Shown here piece by piece: positions 48,300-56,918 of a stretch of DNA of 59,550 nucleotides. How positions within the stretch are numbered: position 1 is the first letter of the stretch; each line of letters begins with the position of its first letter. The position numbers and the translations under genes were made by a program. Origin of the DNA: Escherichia phage BRET; the sequence record MK165087.1, one strand, 5' to 3'. The notes below the pieces were generated by a model. It did no database searches. It had not been told where the DNA came from and was given only the letters and a program-made list of their open reading frames with translations.

Positions 48300-48713
48300 T
48301 TATGGTACTAAGACCCAACGACAAGCGATAGGTTGGCATGTTATCTCTTCTTTAGAGATATTTATACGATCTTTAAAAATTATTCTCGGATAAAAGTGTT
48401 TCATATAATTATCAGAAGCTACTTTATATTCGGTCTTTAATATACGTGCGCTAACAATAAATTTTAAATCTTCCCAATCTTTCATAGAGTCAGCAAAAGA
48501 CAGGATACGCCCATTTCCACGGACTTTTGCAAAAGACTGAGAAGGTAACTTGTGGTTAATATCACATGGTAGATCTAAGGATTTATCTTTAAAGAATTTA
48601 CTCCCACCATTAAAAAATTTACTTACATCAAAAGAACCAATTTCCAAAGTATGGATATTCTGACCTTTAATTGGTTCTTCAAATTTAACATCGACAACTA
48701 GTTTGACTAACAT
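48300..48713 (-). CDS. hypothetical protein
   Basis: 137-aa ORF in an AT-rich segment. Confidence 0.4.
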   Translation of the reverse strand: MLVKLVVDVKFEEPIKGQNIHTLEIGSFDVSKFFNGGSKFFKDKSLDLPCDINHKLPSQSFAKVRGNGRILSFADSMKDWEDLKFIVSARILKTEYKVASDNYMKHFYPRIIFKDRINISKEEITCQPIACRWVLVP

Positions 48714-48728
48714 ACATTACCTTTACAA

Positions 48729-48998
48729 TTACCAGAAAATTTCTACACTTTCAGTATCCATCTGGCTCAATGGTTGCTTATATGAGATTGTATATCCAAA
48801 TGATACCAGTTGTTCAGTCACCTTTCTCATTACAGGACGTGCATTAGGACTACCAATTTCATTATAAGGCTTTTTAAATAATTTAATATGATCCCTGCCA
48901 TCTAGAGACGCTTTAGTAATCCATTTATCCAAATCATCAAGATATGCACTGGTATCCAAGTTTTCACTATTTGTACGAGCTTCTTGTGCTGTAATCAT
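48729..48998 (-). CDS. hypothetical protein
   Basis: 89-aa ORF. Confidence 0.4.
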   Translation of the reverse strand: MITAQEARTNSENLDTSAYLDDLDKWITKASLDGRDHIKLFKKPYNEIGSPNARPVMRKVTEQLVSFGYTISYKQPLSQMDTESVEIFW

Positions 48999-49000
48999 AA

Positions 49001-49225
49001 TTATTGCTCCATAGCTTGTTTGATCAATGCGTCATGGATAAGTTTCGCAGTAGACGCGTTCCACAGTTGTTCATCTGTCTGAACTTCCTGGTTCCATTGC
49101 TTATCAAATAATCCTTCTTCATACGCATCTTTGATACGCTTGCATAAAGTAAGGATGTCGGTCTGAAGAATATCGATTTCTTCTTGGGTTAACGGAGTCT
49201 GGAGTTCTTTACTCATCCTTATCAC
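49001..49225 (-). CDS. hypothetical protein
   Basis: 74-aa ORF. Confidence 0.4.
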   Translation of the reverse strand: MIRMSKELQTPLTQEEIDILQTDILTLCKRIKDAYEEGLFDKQWNQEVQTDEQLWNASTAKLIHDALIKQAMEQ

Positions 49226-49601
49226 CTTCTTTATTCAGTTGACCACATGCTGATGTGCATTCTCCAAGGAATTCGCGCTTATATTCACCTTTGCGCATAC
49301 GCTCGAACCATTCAGTGTGGTCATGAGGATTGTCGCTTACTTTATAGTCTATATTAACACACGTTTCTTTGAAGTCCATGCCTTCAAGATCTACGTTATA
49401 GCAGATGTCGATTTCAATACCTGGCTCGGTCAATACCCAAAAACCATCGCCGTCGATACACTCACACCACTGAGGTTCATTCTCAAATGCAGTTAAAGTA
49501 CCGTCCTCGTCTACCGCAAGGTATTTGGCCCACACTGGAACAAAGAACACTTCACCGAAGTACCGCACAGCCTTCTGAGTAAGATTAATTTGCATCTTCA
49601 C
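49209..49601 (-). CDS. hypothetical protein
   Basis: 130-aa ORF. Confidence 0.4.
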   Translation of the reverse strand: MKMQINLTQKAVRYFGEVFFVPVWAKYLAVDEDGTLTAFENEPQWCECIDGDGFWVLTEPGIEIDICYNVDLEGMDFKETCVNIDYKVSDNPHDHTEWFERMRKGEYKREFLGECTSACGQLNKEGDKDE

Positions 49602-49938
49602 CTCCCGTTACTATTTCCAAAGTCTCACGAAGTAGACGTTCAACCTTCGATTTATTTTTGATAAGCTGATATTGACGATCCACCACCAGCGCCTTCTCGC
49701 GGTTACGCATAAGGTATTCGAACGCACCTTGAAAATCTTCGACATTACCCGTGTAACCTAAAGCCTTGGCGACGTGCGACACACGATGGAGCAGGAAATC
49801 CGCCGCGTCCATAACTTCCATCGCATTCACAATATCGTCAATTAAATCTGTATTGGTAATTGGGTCTAGTTGTCTAGCTTGTTCAAGAAGTTTCACCTTT
49901 GCTTTATATAAAGGTGAATTGCTTACCGTTTCCATCAC
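49585..49938 (-). CDS. hypothetical protein
   Basis: 117-aa ORF. Confidence 0.4.
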   Translation of the reverse strand: MMETVSNSPLYKAKVKLLEQARQLDPITNTDLIDDIVNAMEVMDAADFLLHRVSHVAKALGYTGNVEDFQGAFEYLMRNREKALVVDRQYQLIKNKSKVERLLRETLEIVTGGEDAN

Positions 49939-50276
49939 TTCTCCTTAAATGGATAGTATTGAGGGTTATTCTTGTAGAAGGTTTTAAGCCACGCCTTTGC
50001 TTCAGCAATGCTACTGAACTCTTCTTTAGAGAGTCCTGTGCGATGCTCACCGCCAACCTTGAAGTATATACGAACTTTCAGACGTAAGTCTGTCGCCCTT
50101 GCGTAATAACCTTCATACCCATCACGGTTAAGACTGACAATGGTTGCAAGTACATCGCAATCTTCTTTATCAGGATTACCATTGTAACAAGTCGGCCATC
50201 CTCTACGTTGGAAAGACCTGTATGGCCCTGTCGGCTCAGGATCCACGTACCATTTTAACTTGATCATTCTCGTCAC
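49935..50276 (-). CDS. hypothetical protein
   Basis: 113-aa ORF. Confidence 0.4.
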   Translation of the reverse strand: MTRMIKLKWYVDPEPTGPYRSFQRRGWPTCYNGNPDKEDCDVLATIVSLNRDGYEGYYARATDLRLKVRIYFKVGGEHRTGLSKEEFSSIAEAKAWLKTFYKNNPQYYPFKEK

Positions 50277-50542
50277 TTCCTCCAGATTTTACGTGATTCT
50301 TCAATACGGATGCTATACCGTATAAGTTTCTGCATAACTTTATGCAGGTCATCCAGATGCTTCCTTAAACGAAGACGTTTCTTGATAGCCCACAGGTTCT
50401 TCATATCCGTTCGTTGTAGCTCCTCCCTTAAATACAATGAAAAGTCAGTCTGGTGGTTTAGGATAAATTGAATACGCATCAAAGTATCTGACTTACGATA
50501 ATCAGGATACCACTTAGGAATAATATCTTGTTCGCCAATCAT
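50273..50542 (-). CDS. hypothetical protein
   Basis: Internal ATG of track ORF 50273..50767, placed so it does not overlap the upstream gene. Confidence 0.35.
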   Translation of the reverse strand: MIGEQDIIPKWYPDYRKSDTLMRIQFILNHQTDFSLYLREELQRTDMKNLWAIKKRLRLRKHLDDLHKVMQKLIRYSIRIEESRKIWRK

Positions 50543-50543
50543 C

Positions 50544-51164
50544 TTACGCTCCAAACTGATCAATGTATTCAATGAGCTCTTGCAATTCTTGCTGTAACTG
50601 CACATTACCACTATTATTCGTCTGAAGTCTAACGAGGCGCTCCTTGATATGTGCAATGTGGTTAGCACCCATCCGACGCTTCTGTACATCGCACCAGTGA
50701 ACAATACCGTCTTCAATATACGCACGACGCGCTTTACCACGCGGATATCGCAACGGCCGAACTTCACACTTATCGCCCACCCACTTAAAGCCCAGGATCA
50801 TAACAGCGTTGCCTTCCGTATCAGGACACACGTCAAAGCAACTGTTGAACCCTTTACTGTGCATGTACTTGTCAAGCGGAATCACACAATCCACATCTAA
50901 CAACCAGTACCCGAAGTAAATGTCAACAGTAAACATCATCCCCAACATCGGAGCCGCCCAGCACATGTACATCCGCCCGTCATCCAACTTCTTGACCGCA
51001 TTCGGCCTCAACACGAGGCCAGCCGCCTTCCACGCTTTGACCACATTGCTTATACTGTCTTTGTGCTGTTCTAATATGGTTACCGCTTTGGCATACATTT
51101 GTTCGTCGTAACCGAACATTTCCTGTACGTGTGCGTGCGTTATTTCAATATTACGATTGCGCAT
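50544..51164 (-). CDS. hypothetical protein (first gene of a leftward operon)
   Basis: 206-aa ORF with GGTGAGG RBS; sits just downstream of the AT-rich repeat region. Confidence 0.45.
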   Translation of the reverse strand: MRNRNIEITHAHVQEMFGYDEQMYAKAVTILEQHKDSISNVVKAWKAAGLVLRPNAVKKLDDGRMYMCWAAPMLGMMFTVDIYFGYWLLDVDCVIPLDKYMHSKGFNSCFDVCPDTEGNAVMILGFKWVGDKCEVRPLRYPRGKARRAYIEDGIVHWCDVQKRRMGANHIAHIKERLVRLQTNNSGNVQLQQELQELIEYIDQFGA

Positions 51165-51227
51165 AACCTCACCCTTGACTAAATAAAATCGATTGATTTT
51201 GAAATTCAGTTGCCAAGTTTTAATTTA

Positions 51228-51374
51228 TGCAAAGTTTTTGCTATTTGCAATTGTGATGTTTTGCGGTGTTTGTATGTGCAAAGTTTTTGCGTTTGCAAAA
51301 AATTACAACAGTCTGAAGGTGAGAAATTGCAAATTTATAAAGATCGGTGAAAAAATGCACAATTTATAAAGATT
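51228..51374. repeat. dyad-symmetric repeated elements in AT-rich non-coding region
   Basis: Two copies of TGCAAAGTTTTTGC(t/g)(a/t)TTTGCAA about 49 bp apart, plus two copies of (T)GCA(A/C)AATTTATAAAGAT about 30 bp apart. Confidence 0.4.
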
Positions 51375-51854
51375 CAGCAACATACGAAACCGCGAAGCGA
51401 AGTGTATGAAAAATAAGGGAAAATTTCGAGGATTGGGGGGTTTGTATGGATTTATATTATTTATAAAGGGGTCTCGTGGGGGTCGTCAGTAGACAACTCA
51501 AAAATAAAAAATCTTTATAAAATTTATATAAATACACACATACACACACTTTTACCTTATTTTTCATGCACTTACCCCCTTTCATTTCGTACATTAGGCG
51601 ACAATATACGAGCAATATAAGAAATATTTGTTGCGCAACGACTGTGTGTTTTCTAACCAATCGAAAGATTGCTTTATATACGTCCGCGCGTCTAACACAA
51701 AAGAAAAGTAGATTGCAAGCGATTTTTGCTGAGGTAACTCTCGAAGTGAAAGCGATTCGCGAGTTTGAAATTTTGTAGCCCGAAAACGATTCTATTTTAT
51801 GGTATAAATGCCGGATTTTTCGGGCAAAGCCGGCTTTTCGGTGAGGTTGGGTGG

Positions 51855-52030
51855 CTGGGATCGGGGTAGCGAGTCGCCCATAAGGCGAAAATAGCCGCGA
51901 AAACGGGGCACACAGCGCGATTAAACGGTTGGATCGGTGTAAGGGTGGCGGTGAGGGGCGAAAATGCCGCAAAATCGCGTACAGGGAAGCAGGGAGTGGA
52001 TCGCTGTAAGGGCGTGTAAGGCGACTGAAT
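51855..52030. repeat. GC-rich degenerate tandem repeat with GATC cores
   Basis: Three units starting GGATCG(G/C)(G/T)GTA(A/G) spaced about 70 bp apart; two are followed 26 nt later by GGCGAAAAT(a)GCCGC. Confidence 0.4.
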
Positions 52031-52142
52031 TGGAGTCAATGGTAATGTACGGAAGAGGGATTCAGGTTCTTAGAGCGCGAATGGTGGAGTTATGGGTGAG
52101 GAATATGTGGTCAGCAGGGTAACGCGGGAGGTGGTGCGGGTA

Positions 52143-52181
52143 CAAAAACGAAAACGCCCCGTTGGACTTCAACAGGGCGCG
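52143..52181 (-). terminator. rho-independent terminator (minus strand)
   Basis: On the minus strand GCGCCCTGTTG-aagtc-CAACGGGGCG followed by TTTTCGTTTTT, just downstream of the gene ending at 52204. Confidence 0.5.
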
Positions 52182-52203
52182 GATTATATAATGCAGTTAG
52201 AAG

Positions 52204-52452
52204 TTATTTACTAGTTAATAGTACCGCCCAGGTATTATCTGGAAGCGTACCAACTCCGAGTATCTTAAGCTGAAGCGACTGGTTCTGCATATTGTAGTTG
52301 TCCAGTAGCTCCTGGGCCGCGGCAGCGGCGTTCGCTTCACCGTTGAGGTTGTAGTCGTTACTCGTTACCGCGCACATACCGAGACCGACAGCTTTAAAGC
52401 GCATACCTTTCGTCTGAGTCGGTGCTAGTGCTTTGACATGGATAGCGTTCAT
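52204..52452 (-). CDS. hypothetical protein (small early paralog family A)
   Basis: 82-aa ORF; sequence-related to 52983..53237. Confidence 0.45.
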   Translation of the reverse strand: MNAIHVKALAPTQTKGMRFKAVGLGMCAVTSNDYNLNGEANAAAAAQELLDNYNMQNQSLQLKILGVGTLPDNTWAVLLTSK

Positions 52453-52481
52453 ATTATTTATCTCCGTTACAATTTGAAAGG

Positions 52482-52739
52482 TTAGCAGTTTTTTAACAGG
52501 TTAATGAAGCCCACCAGCGTGGACGCGGTTGCAACCAGGCGGCCCATAGTATGCAGTTCCGCGTAAACTTTACCGTCGTTGAACACCGTTAAATAAACGT
52601 TAAGACCATTGCAACGGACGCGATATTTGCGCGCGTTATTATTAAAAGTTTCCAATTCCGCAGTGATAGTTGCAAGGTTGACTATACGTTTTTCAATAAT
52701 GCGACGAGTGATCATGGACTGGTTTAATACTGTAGACAT
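52482..52739 (-). CDS. hypothetical protein (small early paralog family B)
   Basis: 85-aa ORF; N-terminal SMITRRIIEKR shared with 54356..54661. Confidence 0.45.
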   Translation of the reverse strand: MSTVLNQSMITRRIIEKRIVNLATITAELETFNNNARKYRVRCNGLNVYLTVFNDGKVYAELHTMGRLVATASTLVGFINLLKNC

Positions 52740-52807
52740 AATAATTTCCTCTGTTAATTATGCGAAGTGCATATTATTGCCCACTGTTACTATGGGCAAT
52801 GTATATG

Positions 52808-52972
52808 TCACTCAGCGGACACATATTCTAACGCTTCTGATAGTGTAGCGAAGTGACCATCACTCACCAGATTAATAGCGTACTCAAGTTGATCGCGGGT
52901 CAGGTTGCGAAACTTGTTGCGGATGTGATAGCAACGACCGCGATAAATAACCTGGAAATAGTTGCGTTCCAT
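52808..52972 (-). CDS. hypothetical small protein
   Basis: Internal ATG of track ORF 52808..53050, placed to avoid overlap with the upstream gene. Confidence 0.3.
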   Translation of the reverse strand: MERNYFQVIYRGRCYHIRNKFRNLTRDQLEYAINLVSDGHFATLSEALEYVSAE

Positions 52973-52982
52973 AATTATCCCC

Positions 52983-53237
52983 TTATGCAACGATGAACGC
53001 GTAACCACTTTGATCCGGGAGCTCACCACCAGCGAGAATCTCAAATTCAACGCCCGCTTTAGCGTTAAACTTATTGATCAGCTCCTCCGCTGCGGCGCGA
53101 TGGTTGCCGTAAACGCCCAGATCGTCACGCCATGTGATAGTTACAGAACCGTTCCAGCCCGTTGCTTTTACGCGCGGAGCGCGAGCGGCAGTTGGGTTCA
53201 CGAATTTGGTAATAATAGCTTGAGCCATGATAGTCAC
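52983..53237 (-). CDS. hypothetical protein (small early paralog family A)
   Basis: 84-aa ORF; shares PT...R.KA.G / AAA.EL / ILG.G.LPD pattern with 52204..52452. Confidence 0.45.
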   Translation of the reverse strand: MTIMAQAIITKFVNPTAARAPRVKATGWNGSVTITWRDDLGVYGNHRAAAEELINKFNAKAGVEFEILAGGELPDQSGYAFIVA

Positions 53238-53263
53238 TCCTTAAATTATGTTAACGTTAATAT

Positions 53264-53539
53264 TCACTCAGCGCGAAGGCCCATCGGGTGAATAGTTTGC
53301 TTCTGAAATTCAGCATACGCTTCAGCGATCAGCTTGTCCCAGTATTCTTTAACTTCCGGATAGTTACTGGAAGTGAATACTACACCATTCCGAGTGTGGA
53401 TCTCGTACTGGCAGCACGTTTCCTCTTCGGTCCACAGATCAAACTCGTGGCGGTGGTACAGGTAGAAGGACTGACGGTTCAACACAACTCGAGCCATTTC
53501 AACGAAAGAATTCTGGTTAGGTTTACGCATGATAATCAC
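53264..53539 (-). CDS. hypothetical protein
   Basis: 91-aa ORF. Confidence 0.4.
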   Translation of the reverse strand: MIIMRKPNQNSFVEMARVVLNRQSFYLYHRHEFDLWTEEETCCQYEIHTRNGVVFTSSNYPEVKEYWDKLIAEAYAEFQKQTIHPMGLRAE

Positions 53540-53721
53540 TCCGGTAAAATTACAGTCACGTTAATATTTGCAATGCGAGCGCACTCGGTGAAACCTTTTA
53601 CATAAGCATCCATTTCGTCATAGGATGCGAAAGTCACGTCCGGGACTGGTCCGTTGTTAATATTCACGCAATATTCGTGTTCGTCCAGGTCAACCCAACA
53701 AGTTAGAACGATAGTTTCCAT
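53536..53721 (-). CDS. hypothetical small protein
   Basis: Internal ATG (METIVLTCW...) of track ORF 53536..53754. Confidence 0.35.
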   Translation of the reverse strand: METIVLTCWVDLDEHEYCVNINNGPVPDVTFASYDEMDAYVKGFTECARIANINVTVILPE

Positions 53722-53799
53722 ATTATTTACCCTCCGTATAATACAGACCCGCAACTATTGGAGCACCGAATACCAAGAACGCTAATAAGTAGAACATAA

Positions 53800-54294
53800 T
53801 TAATTGCCCCCTTTATTGTTGAGCCCGTGGAATTTGCGCCATGCGTAGAATTCAATCGTTGCGTTATTAATATTCCAACTATTAGCTTTCGCAAGGTCAC
53901 GGACGTTACCAATAGTTGGCACACCATTAGGCAACATATTATCCAGAGCGTTCCAAACGTCTGCACATTTACCTTTAATTGGGCGACGGACCCCGTTGCG
54001 CGTTTCGCTGCGCGTTTTACCTTTGACGGGAGCGACCGGAGCTGGTTGTGTGGTCACTTCCACGACAGTTGCTTTATCAGCTTCTACCAGATCGTTAGCT
54101 GCCTTATTAACCGCGCTTTCGCTGTACCAGTAGCGGCCACCGTCTTCGTGCGGTTCCTGGTGAATAAAGCTATTAGCTGTCGCAGTGTCCACATCCAGAA
54201 CCTTTTTTAAGGCACGGCGAGCGTTAGACATAGTGGCGAAGAAGCGAGCGTCTTTTGCTACGCGAGTGATAGTTGCCATTGTGATTATCTCCAT
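53800..54294 (-). CDS. hypothetical protein
   Basis: About 160-aa ORF; start may be 54279. Confidence 0.4.
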   Translation of the reverse strand: MEIITMATITRVAKDARFFATMSNARRALKKVLDVDTATANSFIHQEPHEDGGRYWYSESAVNKAANDLVEADKATVVEVTTQPAPVAPVKGKTRSETRNGVRRPIKGKCADVWNALDNMLPNGVPTIGNVRDLAKANSWNINNATIEFYAWRKFHGLNNKGGN

Positions 54295-54355
54295 GTTGAT
54301 CTAGCGGATTGCTAGTGGGAGCCCACTGTAACAATGGGCAACCATTAACACGCTA

Positions 54356-54661
54356 TTATTGTTGAATAGCCTTAGCTATCATTGCAATAAAGCAGAACAC
54401 AGACCAAAGGCTATTCGCTTGACATACTGGTCGACCGTACATTACGCTATAAGAGCTGACAGTGCCGTTCTCGTTAATGCGAATATATAACGCGGTGCTG
54501 GAATACTTTTCGTTTCCCGGGAGCATTACTAAATACTCGTCGTAATCCCAGTCCCCGTTGACTTTTTCCGCAGTAAGGCCCAGCTGATACAGGCGCTTGC
54601 CAATAATACGTTTGGTGATCATGGACTGGGACATAGAACGCGGTAAGTAGATAATGGACAT
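54356..54661 (-). CDS. hypothetical protein (small early paralog family B)
   Basis: 101-aa ORF with AAGGGAGA RBS; N-terminal SMITKRIIGKR. Confidence 0.45.
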   Translation of the reverse strand: MSIIYLPRSMSQSMITKRIIGKRLYQLGLTAEKVNGDWDYDEYLVMLPGNEKYSSTALYIRINENGTVSSYSVMYGRPVCQANSLWSVFCFIAMIAKAIQQ

Positions 54662-54846
54662 AATGCAATCTCCCTTCGGGTGAAGCGGGCGCGGAACCCG
54701 TGTCCCGCTTTAAAACCCCCTTTACCCCACGCGTTTATAATATGACAGCAGGGTATCAGATGCAACTATTATCTGCATTATTTTAGAACTTTTTTAGTTG
54801 TGTTTCATAATAATAACATCCGGGACTATACGGTAGATGGTGTGCC

Positions 54847-54915
54847 GGAAATACCAGGTGGCGCGAGTGTGCTGAAAATACCAGGTAACAGCACGCGCAG
54901 GAAATACCAGGTAGC
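54847..54915. repeat. iteron-like direct repeats (3 x AAATACCAGGT at 26-bp period)
   Basis: Copies at about 54850, 54876 and 54902 in the intergenic region between divergent operons. Confidence 0.5.
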
Positions 54916-55215
54916 ACATACATAGACAGCACATAGTGGGCAGGTGGATAGTAACAGATGTAATTATACTGGACGGTATAGTATAGTCATGTAATAGATA
55001 ACATACTAATCAAATAAAAAATAATAACGCGTGCAACAATAAACAACGTTACAATAGAGCGCGCGACAGTCACATGACGTAACAATCACCTCACTGACGA
55101 TCACGGGACGTTATAGTAACGCCGCGGGGCGGCTCTTAGATCTCTGCCAAGGATTCATCTTTTGTAGATTATCTCGTCACTAGACACTTTATATCCCCAC
55201 CTCACCTGCCCTATA

Positions 55216-55244
55216 TTGTTCGTATAAAGTTAATTCCGTATATA
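55216..55244 (+). promoter_or_regulatory. candidate sigma70-type early promoter
   Basis: TTGTTC-N17-TATATA upstream of the rightward operon starting at 55418. Confidence 0.25.
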
Positions 55245-55417
55245 AATACTCGAGATCAGGTTTACAAGATTCGGTTTCCTGTATGTGTAACTGATTTGCC
55301 GCACAAGATTTAAAGCACACGAGACAGCTAACTGTGGTTATTAATTGTTGCGGCCGGCTATGTTAATCAACTTGCGTATCCTGTTATAGTTATTCCGTTA
55401 ACGTTAAAGGGGTTTAT

Positions 55418-55783
55418 ATGAACGAGAATATAGTTAAAGCCTGGTCTATCTTACGACCACAGCTGAAAGACGATCGTGTCGCTTTTGTTTTATGTCCTGC
55501 TAATGAATATCGCCGGAAGCTCGAAGAAGTGTTGCGCGAAGATTCTGAGTTCGTTCGCTGTGTGCAACTGTCGCGCGAGTCATCTGTGGTGCAGTTTGAT
55601 CGTTTCCACCTTCGTTTGGTTGCTCATCGCAGAGACTCGTATGAAGACACTGTTATTCGTACGAGCGGCTTCCATTGTGATATTGCCATTCTTGACTGCG
55701 AATTAAGTATTGAGCAGAAACAAGATTTATATAATCTCGCTCGTGAACGTCATGGTGAATTGTTAATTGTGGAAGTGCAATAA
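55418..55783 (+). CDS. hypothetical protein
   Basis: 121-aa ORF with AAAGGGG RBS, first gene of the rightward block. Confidence 0.45.
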   Translation: MNENIVKAWSILRPQLKDDRVAFVLCPANEYRRKLEEVLREDSEFVRCVQLSRESSVVQFDRFHLRLVAHRRDSYEDTVIRTSGFHCDIAILDCELSIEQKQDLYNLARERHGELLIVEVQ

Positions 55784-56121
55784 TGGCCAAAGATATCGTT
55801 ATTCCGAAAATGTATTGTCAGCTCCGTGATGCTTTATTACAGAGCGGTTGGATTATTAGTCATACCGATGTGAATGATACTTATATTGTTCTTATACCAC
55901 CTGAAGGAACGATATCCTGCATTTTGCACTATATGCCCGAAGCGAAAACGGTTTATCCGAACGGGTCATTCCTGCTTCGTTTGCGCTCCGATACATGGAA
56001 GATCCAGACGGATACCTGTGCAATTGACGAGAATACCAGTAAAGAATTTATTCGCAAGCTAACTCAGCTGAATAAAATCTACGAGCATGTTAAATTTGAT
56101 TTGTTTAAGGAAGTGTTCTAA
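55783..56121 (+). CDS. hypothetical protein
   Basis: 112-aa ORF, translationally coupled. Confidence 0.45.
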   Translation: MAKDIVIPKMYCQLRDALLQSGWIISHTDVNDTYIVLIPPEGTISCILHYMPEAKTVYPNGSFLLRLRSDTWKIQTDTCAIDENTSKEFIRKLTQLNKIYEHVKFDLFKEVF

Positions 56122-56561
56122 TGATTACTATCAACGATCCAATCACGCATAAAACTCAGAAAAGCATAATGGCTTGCATCCCTACCTGCCTTGCTATGCT
56201 TCTTGACAAAGACCCTGAGCAGGTATATGACGAGTTCACAAAGGATTATATTCATGGACATATTGATGTTGCTAGTTATCTATATCGATACGGTATCTTT
56301 GCGCAGCCGCATATCACTGCCGGTATGCACCAGATCCGACCTGGGCGCTTGTATCTTGCAACTGTACCTTCTTTGCAGTTACCTGGGCTTTTCCATCAGA
56401 TCATTATTGACGCTCGCTTCGGTGATGTTAAGGTATACGACCCATGTAAAGGTTTGCAAGGGAAACAATACTATTCCTATGACCACGTTGCAGAGGGTAA
56501 CGATCTGGCGTATCCTCTGCGGTCTTTCCTGATTGATTACGAAATTATATTGCCTGGGTGA
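56121..56561 (+). CDS. hypothetical protein, possible Cys/His peptidase-like
   Basis: 146 aa; Cys near N-terminus (MACIPTCLAML) and downstream His (HQIIID); weak. Confidence 0.3.
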   Translation: MITINDPITHKTQKSIMACIPTCLAMLLDKDPEQVYDEFTKDYIHGHIDVASYLYRYGIFAQPHITAGMHQIRPGRLYLATVPSLQLPGLFHQIIIDARFGDVKVYDPCKGLQGKQYYSYDHVAEGNDLAYPLRSFLIDYEIILPG

Positions 56562-56564
56562 TTT

Positions 56565-56918
56565 ATGGGCTTGCAACGTTTTGACAATGCGGAACTCGCG
56601 TGTGAATTTGCAAAGCGTAAGTTCGCTAAAACAGGTACGCCGCGATGCGTACACGCGGCTATTGGGCAAAATGGGGCAAAGTATTGGTACGTTGGTACAG
56701 TAGCTCAGATCAAGCGAAGATTCGCGACTACGCCCGAAATGCGCCGGCTTGGGTCCCCTACACTTGTGCGAAACAGGCAGTTGGATAAAGAGGAAATTTA
56801 TCAATTTCTTAGGAATTACACTGGTAAAGAGAATAGATTTCAGGTTGCAGCGAAAGAGTTCAATATCGGTCTTTCCACTGCTTATAAAATTTATCACATA
56901 TATGGGCGTTTAATATGA
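56565..56918 (+). CDS. hypothetical protein with C-terminal HTH-like segment
   Basis: 117 aa; FQVAAKEFNIGLSTAYKIYH looks like a helix-turn-helix. Confidence 0.4.
   Translation: MGLQRFDNAELACEFAKRKFAKTGTPRCVHAAIGQNGAKYWYVGTVAQIKRRFATTPEMRRLGSPTLVRNRQLDKEEIYQFLRNYTGKENRFQVAAKEFNIGLSTAYKIYHIYGRLI

Noticed and set aside
51530-51552. Short (CA)n-like tract ACACACATACACACAC
   Set aside because: Too short and isolated to call a microsatellite or CRISPR-like repeat.
51457-52039. ORFs of 171 aa and 80 aa (minus) and 70 aa (plus) in the 51.2-52.2 kb region
   Set aside because: They span AT-rich repeat DNA and the GC-rich tandem repeat, with low-complexity translations and no RBS; the region is more consistent with non-coding DNA.
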